Shown one piece after another: positions 58,883-64,000 of a stretch of DNA of 64,000 nucleotides (positions within the stretch are counted from its first letter, which is position 1; each line of letters begins with the position of its first letter). The position numbers and the translations under genes are program-made. Location of the stretch: contig JADFYJ010000006.1 in the NCBI GenBank assembly GCA_015233115.1, positions 595 to 64,594 of the forward strand. Direction: 5' to 3'. This DNA is from Candidatus Omnitrophota bacterium. Its GTDB lineage: Bacteria; Omnitrophota; Gorgyraeia; Zapsychrales; Zapsychraceae. The notes below the pieces were generated by a model, which saw only the letters and a list, made by a program, of their open reading frames with translations, was not told where the DNA came from and ran no database searches.

Positions 58883-59624
58883 TATAAGCATTAAAACTAA
58901 AGAAGATTTAAAAATCTTGCAGGAAGCTGCAAAGATTTTACGCGGTATTATAGATCGATTAAAGTGCTCTTTAAAATCTGGAATGCGGACTCAAGATGTT
59001 GATGGTTTGGCGGGAATGATCATGAAGCAATTCAAAGTCAAGTCCGCGTTTAAAGGATATCGTGGTTATCCGGCCAATGTTTGTGTTTCCATTAATGATG
59101 AAGTCGTGCATGGTATTCCGGGAAGCCGTTTGATCAAAGAGGGCGATTTGGTGAGTATCGACGCGGGGATCATTCATAAGGGGTTTTACGCGGATATGGC
59201 TGTAACTGTTGGGATTGGAACGATCGACCAAGATCTTAAAAAAATGCTTTTAGTCGCAGAAGGGGCATTGATCAAAGGCATCGGACAAACACAGGTTGGC
59301 CATTATTTGTCGGATATATCGCATGCGATTCAAACTTATGTGGAAAGTAACGGGTTTTCTGTAGTACGCGAATTTGTTGGGCATGGAATCGGACGAGAAC
59401 TTCATGAAGATCCTGAAATTCCTAATTATGGTATTCCGAAACGTGGTCCTATTTTGCAAGAGGGAATGGTTTTTTGCATAGAACCGATGGTTAATCAAGG
59501 GGATTGGAAGACACGGATTTGCGATGATGGATGGACAGTGGTGACTATGGACGGAAAACCATCAGCCCATTTTGAACATATGGTGGCTATTACAAAAAAT
59601 GGCCCGTTAATTTTAACGCAGTAG
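58875..59624 (+). CDS. map: Methionine aminopeptidase type I
   Basis: VVHGIP, GHGIG..LHEDP, IEPM, SAHFEH; start placed at ATG 58875. Confidence 0.96.
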   Translation: MASISIKTKEDLKILQEAAKILRGIIDRLKCSLKSGMRTQDVDGLAGMIMKQFKVKSAFKGYRGYPANVCVSINDEVVHGIPGSRLIKEGDLVSIDAGIIHKGFYADMAVTVGIGTIDQDLKKMLLVAEGALIKGIGQTQVGHYLSDISHAIQTYVESNGFSVVREFVGHGIGRELHEDPEIPNYGIPKRGPILQEGMVFCIEPMVNQGDWKTRICDDGWTVVTMDGKPSAHFEHMVAITKNGPLILTQ

Positions 59625-59633
59625 ACGGTAAAA

Positions 59634-59852
59634 ATGGCAAAAGAAGATCTAATAGAAGTTGAAGGTGTTGTAAAAGAGGCGTTGCCTAACGCGAAATTTA
59701 AAGTGGAGTTGGAGAACAACCACATTATTGAGGCGCACATTTCCGGAAAGATCCGTATGAATTTCATCCGTATTCTTCCTGGAGATAGGGTTAAAATGGA
59801 ATTGTCTCCATACGATTTGAGAAAAGGGCGGATTATCTACAGGGTTAAATAA
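59634..59852 (+). CDS. infA: Translation initiation factor IF-1
   Basis: [21 protein letters not shown]. Confidence 0.98.
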   Translation: MAKEDLIEVEGVVKEALPNAKFKVELENNHIIEAHISGKIRMNFIRILPGDRVKMELSPYDLRKGRIIYRVK

Positions 59853-59853
59853 T

Positions 59854-59967
59854 ATGAAAGTAAAGTCATCAGTAAAAAGAATTTGTGGTAATTGTAAGAT
59901 CATTCGCCGTTGTGGAGTGGTCCGGGTGATCTGTACAAATCCAAAACATAAACAAAGACAAGGGTAG
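59854..59967 (+). CDS. rpmJ: 50S ribosomal protein L36 (not in ORF track)
   Basis: Manual translation [37 protein letters not shown]. Confidence 0.96.
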   Translation: MKVKSSVKRICGNCKIIRRCGVVRVICTNPKHKQRQG

Positions 59968-59971
59968 AGAT

Positions 59972-60355
59972 ATGCCAAGAATTTTAGGTGTGGATATTCC
60001 TCGGGAAAAACGGATTGAAGCAGCTTTGCCGTATGTTTTCGGGGTTGGCCGGACGAATGTCAAGCAGATCCTGGCGCAAGCCAATATCAGTTTAGATCGC
60101 CGGGCTAAAGATTTAACCGATGAAGAAGTGGCCCGTATTACAGCGATTATCCAATCGAATTATGTCGTTGAAGGGGATCTCCGCCGGGATATAGCTCAGA
60201 ATGTTAAGCGTTTGATCGAGATCGGTTCTTATCGAGGCATGCGTCACCGTAAAGGTCTTCCGGTGCGTGGGCAAAGAACCAAAACAAATGCGCGAACACG
60301 CAAAGGGAAGAGATCTCAGGTCGGAGCTAAATTAAAGAAGAAGACTGACAATTAA
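59972..60355 (+). CDS. rpsM: 30S ribosomal protein S13
   Basis: [22 protein letters not shown]. Confidence 0.98.
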   Translation: MPRILGVDIPREKRIEAALPYVFGVGRTNVKQILAQANISLDRRAKDLTDEEVARITAIIQSNYVVEGDLRRDIAQNVKRLIEIGSYRGMRHRKGLPVRGQRTKTNARTRKGKRSQVGAKLKKKTDN

Positions 60356-60375
60356 TAATTGAGGTGAAGCAGTCC

Positions 60376-60789
60376 ATGGCACAAGATAAACAGCAACAAC
60401 AAATTAAGCGTAAAGATAAGGCCAAGAAAAAGGTCCTCAAAGGGATCACTCACGGCGTGGCGCATATTTGCGCGACTTTTAATAACACGATTGTGAGTAT
60501 TTCTGATGCTCAAGGTAATGTCATCAGCTGGGCAACTCCCGGTGGTGTAGGATTTAGCGGTTCTAAGAAATCGACTCCTTTCGCCGCTCAGGTCGCGAGT
60601 GCTGATGCTGCGAAAAAGGTTAAAGACTTAGGAATTAAGACCGTTGATGTTTTGGTCAAAGGGCCTGGCGCCGGACGTGAATCAGCGATCCGCGCATTAC
60701 AAGCATCAGGGCTTGTGGTCACATCAATTAAAGACGTAACGCCTCTGCCTCATAACGGATGTCGTCCTAAGAAAAAACGCAGAGTTTAA
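60376..60789 (+). CDS. rpsK: 30S ribosomal protein S11
   Basis: [25 protein letters not shown]; GAGG before ATG 60376. Confidence 0.97.
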   Translation: MAQDKQQQQIKRKDKAKKKVLKGITHGVAHICATFNNTIVSISDAQGNVISWATPGGVGFSGSKKSTPFAAQVASADAAKKVKDLGIKTVDVLVKGPGAGRESAIRALQASGLVVTSIKDVTPLPHNGCRPKKKRRV

Positions 60790-60817
60790 TTTAAAAGTAG
60801 GAAAGGGAGAAAAATAG

Positions 60818-61429
60818 ATGGCTAGATATACGGGTCCAGCATGCCGATTATGCCGCAGAGAAGGAATCAGCATTTGCGGTCACAAAAAATGCGCGCAGAC
60901 AAATCGTCCTTTTGCTCCGGGTCAACACGGCGCGGGAAAACGCACGAAATTGTCCAATTATGGTATTCAACTTCGTGAGAAACAAAAGGTTAAACGATTG
61001 TACGGTTTATTAGAAAAACAATTCCGTCTTTATTACGAAAAGGCTGCTGTTTCCAAGGGTGTCACAGGTACTGTGTTGCTTCAATTATTGGAAACCCGTT
61101 TGGATAACGTGATCTACCGTTCAGGTTTTGGCACGTCCCGTCCGCAAGCGCGGCAAATTGTCAGCCACGGGATGGTTTTTGTCAATAACCGGAAAGTCAA
61201 CATCGCTTCTTATCATGTGCAACAGGGCGATGAAGTGGAAGTCCGCGTGAAAGATAAATCAAAAAAATTCATCGAGAGCAATATTGAATGCTCGAAAGAC
61301 CGGACTATTCCGGAATGGCTTAAAGTAGACGCTAAGAATTTTAAAGGAATGATCGAACGGTTACCCGTGCGTGAAGACATTGTTTTCCCGATCAAAGAAC
61401 AGTTGATCGTCGAGCTTTATTCAAAATAA
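60818..61429 (+). CDS. rpsD: 30S ribosomal protein S4
   Basis: MARYTGP, QLREKQK, LETRLDN, IVELYSK. Confidence 0.98.
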   Translation: MARYTGPACRLCRREGISICGHKKCAQTNRPFAPGQHGAGKRTKLSNYGIQLREKQKVKRLYGLLEKQFRLYYEKAAVSKGVTGTVLLQLLETRLDNVIYRSGFGTSRPQARQIVSHGMVFVNNRKVNIASYHVQQGDEVEVRVKDKSKKFIESNIECSKDRTIPEWLKVDAKNFKGMIERLPVREDIVFPIKEQLIVELYSK

Positions 61430-61483
61430 TTTATGAACGGCCGGCGCCACGCATGACTTTGGCGCGGGATACAGGAGGAAGAC

Positions 61484-62473
61484 ATGGGAATTAAATGGCG
61501 TGATTTTCAGATGCCCAAGAGGCTTGATTGTGATGAAGCAAGTTATACCGATACCTACGGTAAATTCATCGCAGAACCGTTCGAACGGGGTTATGGTATT
61601 ACCTTGGGAAATTCATTACGCAGAGTTTTATTATCATCCATTGAAGGAAGCGCAGTCACATCCGTACGCGTGGAAGGCGCTCGTCATGAATACGCGACCA
61701 TCCCAGGCGTTATGGAATCTACGACTGAGATCATTTTGAATATTAAACAATTAGTCATCCGTTCTCATTCCAAAGTCCCTAAAAAGATTTTTATTCGCGC
61801 GGATAAAAAAGGCGTGATCAAAGCCGGGGATATTATTTGTGACGAGATGGTCGAAGTATTGAACCAGGATCTGCATATTGCCACTTTGACCCGTGATACC
61901 AAATTCGTCGTGGAAATGGAAGTTTCCCGCGGGCGCGGTTATGTGCCGGCCGAAGCCAATAAAAAAGATGCTGAACCGGATACGATTGCTATTGACTCTA
62001 TTTTTACTCCGATCGTTAAAGTCAGTTATGATGTCTCGAATACACGCGTCGGGCAAAAAACAGATTATGATCAGCTGGCGTTAGAAATCTGGACCAACGG
62101 TAGTATTAATCCTAAAGAAGCTTTACTTTACGCGTCTAATATTCTACAGCGACATTTAGATGTGTTTGTCAGTTATGGTCAGCTTCCCGAAGAAGAAGAG
62201 GAAGAAGAAGATATTTCGAATGAAGAGAAGTTGCTTTATGAAAAATTGCGTTTGCCGATTTCCGAGTTGGAGCTTTCGGTTCGCAGTGCCAATTGTTTGA
62301 AGGATGCGAATATCAAGACCATTGCTGACTTGGTTAAAAAGACTGAAGCGGAACTTTTAACTTTCCGTAATTTTGGTAAAAAATCTCTCACCGAGATCGA
62401 CGATCTTTTAAAAGTTATGGGATTACAGTTAGGAATGAAAGTTGATCCGAAGAAATTAAGGAAGAAAGAATAA
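61484..62473 (+). CDS. rpoA: RNA polymerase alpha subunit
   Basis: EPFERGYGITLGNSLRRVLLSS, LSVRSANCL, NFGKKS. Confidence 0.98.
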   Translation: MGIKWRDFQMPKRLDCDEASYTDTYGKFIAEPFERGYGITLGNSLRRVLLSSIEGSAVTSVRVEGARHEYATIPGVMESTTEIILNIKQLVIRSHSKVPKKIFIRADKKGVIKAGDIICDEMVEVLNQDLHIATLTRDTKFVVEMEVSRGRGYVPAEANKKDAEPDTIAIDSIFTPIVKVSYDVSNTRVGQKTDYDQLALEIWTNGSINPKEALLYASNILQRHLDVFVSYGQLPEEEEEEEDISNEEKLLYEKLRLPISELELSVRSANCLKDANIKTIADLVKKTEAELLTFRNFGKKSLTEIDDLLKVMGLQLGMKVDPKKLRKKE

Positions 62474-62474
62474 A

Positions 62475-63044
62475 ATGAAACACGGTCTATCTGGTAATAA
62501 GTTAAATAGGCAGCAAAGTCATAGAAAAGCCACGATGCGCGATATCGCTAAAGCGACGATATTGTGCCAACGCATCTGTACCACTAAAGCTAAGGCCAAA
62601 GAAGCCCGTAAATTGGTTGAGCAATTAATTACCATGGGTAAAAAAGGTACATTAGCGCACAAGCGTCAGGCTTTTGCGGTTTTGCAAGATCATGCTTTAG
62701 TTAGCAGTCTTTTTGGAACTATAGCTCCTTTATTTGCCAAACGTGCAGGCGGTTATACGCGAATCATTCCTTGGGTTAAACGCCGGGGAGATAACGCGGA
62801 AATGGTATTTCTTGAATTGACTGAAAAACGCGTCGAAGAAAAGAAAGAACCTAAAACAGCTGTCAAGAAATCCGAAGCAGTCGCAGCGCCTAAAAAAACT
62901 GAAGAGAAGAAAACGGTTGAAAAGAAAACGGCGGAAAAGAAAGCCGTTGAAAAGAAAACCGCGGACACGAAAGTGGCTGACAAAAAGACTTCAGAGAAAA
63001 AAGGCGGCGTTATGAAGAGGATGTTTGGAAAACGCGGCGAATAA
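62475..63044 (+). CDS. rplQ: 50S ribosomal protein L17 with Lys/Glu-rich repetitive tail
   Basis: ICTTKAKAKE, GGYTRI, RRGDNAEM; KTxEKK-like repeats. Confidence 0.96.
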   Translation: MKHGLSGNKLNRQQSHRKATMRDIAKATILCQRICTTKAKAKEARKLVEQLITMGKKGTLAHKRQAFAVLQDHALVSSLFGTIAPLFAKRAGGYTRIIPWVKRRGDNAEMVFLELTEKRVEEKKEPKTAVKKSEAVAAPKKTEEKKTVEKKTAEKKAVEKKTADTKVADKKTSEKKGGVMKRMFGKRGE

Positions 63045-63059
63045 AAAAGGAGAGCGGCT

Positions 63060-64000
63060 GTGAAATTTAATCGGCGAATTGAGCAGGTGGTAGGTTCCAC
63101 AACATTGGCCATTACGGCTAAAGCCAAGGAATTGAAAGCTCAAGGGTTCGATGTGGTTAATTTTGCGGCAGGCGAACCGGATTTTGATACCCCAGATTCA
63201 ATTAAAAAAGCGGCGATCAAAGCTATTAACGACGGTTTAACCAAATATACTCCTAGTTCCGGTATTATAGAGTTAAGAAAAAGTATTGCCGCGAAATTCA
63301 AACGCGATAATAATTTAGAATATGCGCCGAATCAAATAGTTGTTTCATGCGGTGCCAAGCATTCGATTTATAATGTTATATTGTGCTTAGTTGACGACGG
63401 AGATGAAGTGATTGTTCCTTCTCCATATTGGGTCAGCTATCCAGAAATGATCAAAATTGCCGGTGGTGTGCCGAAGTATATTAAAACGACGGCATCCACC
63501 GGCTTTAAATTATCGGCACAACAGCTTTCCGATGCCGTTACTTCCAAGACCAAATTGCTTATCCTTAATTCTCCGTCTAATCCCACAGGTATGGTTTATT
63601 CTAAGGCAGAATTACAAGCTATCGCTGATGTCTGTGTCAAGAATAATATCTATGTGATTAGTGATGAAATCTACGAAGAACTGATTTACGATACCACCGA
63701 ATATACGTCAATTGCGTCTTTGGGAAAAGAAATTTATAATTTGACGATCACGGTTAATGGTGTGTCAAAAGCCTATGCCATGACGGGCTGGCGGATTGGT
63801 TATGCTGCCGGGTCGAAAGAAATTATGGAGGTAGTACAAAAACTTCAAGACCATTCAACGTCAAATCCAACGACGATCAGTCAATATGCCACGTTACAAG
63901 CGCTTAATGAGCCTAAAGAAATTACCAAAGGCATGCGAGACGAATTTCGTAAACGAAGAGATTTAATTTACAATTTGTTTTTAGATTGTCCTAAGGTAAA
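63060..64000 (+). CDS. Class I PLP-dependent aminotransferase (aspartate aminotransferase-like), 3'-truncated by window edge; not in ORF track
   Basis: GTG start after AAGGAG; AGEPDFDTP, PYWVSY, NSPSNPTG, SDEIY, NGVSKAYAMTGWRIGY. Confidence 0.92.
   Translation, partial: MKFNRRIEQVVGSTTLAITAKAKELKAQGFDVVNFAAGEPDFDTPDSIKKAAIKAINDGLTKYTPSSGIIELRKSIAAKFKRDNNLEYAPNQIVVSCGAKHSIYNVILCLVDDGDEVIVPSPYWVSYPEMIKIAGGVPKYIKTTASTGFKLSAQQLSDAVTSKTKLLILNSPSNPTGMVYSKAELQAIADVCVKNNIYVISDEIYEELIYDTTEYTSIASLGKEIYNLTITVNGVSKAYAMTGWRIGYAAGSKEIMEVVQKLQDHSTSNPTTISQYATLQALNEPKEITKGMRDEFRKRRDLIYNLFLDCPKV

Overview
Bacterial chromosome segment with all real genes on the + strand. It is probably from an anaerobe of Candidatus Omnitrophota (PVC group); this is an inference from gene content and my recollection of the giant-protein type, not a database result. 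In order: the 3' part of a multimeric NAD-linked [FeFe]-hydrogenase operon; a c-di-GMP-I riboswitch followed by a type IV pilus cluster (major pilin, minor pilins, pilMNOPQ); rne/rng, rplU, obgE, proB, proA, nadD, a phosphohexomutase and plsC; a 7.4-kb giant secreted-protein gene split by one in-frame TAA; rpsA, tyrS, tRNA-Thr, rpmG, tRNA-Trp, secE-nusG-rplKAJL-rpoBC, the str, S10, spc and alpha operons; and a partial class I aminotransferase. Two things stand out. (1) The giant gene looks like a signal-peptide-bearing polyprotein: an N-terminal domain and a short C-terminal GGID domain enclose unrelated enzyme cargoes (ABC1/UbiB kinase, dikinase-like ATP-grasp plus His domain, an unknown module, an HD domain). 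The cargoes are separated by D-x-A-M motifs, three of which open a duplicated ~30-aa linker. This is a candidate modular effector-delivery system. (2) Many gene junctions carry non-coding elements made of inverted arms of 7-, 8- or 9-nt tandem repeats that share an inner GAAAAAGCGRTTG-like motif. Several REP-type palindromes are also present, and some of these repeats sit in frame inside genes. rpmA (L27) and rpmD (L30) are absent from their canonical positions, which hold such repeat elements instead.
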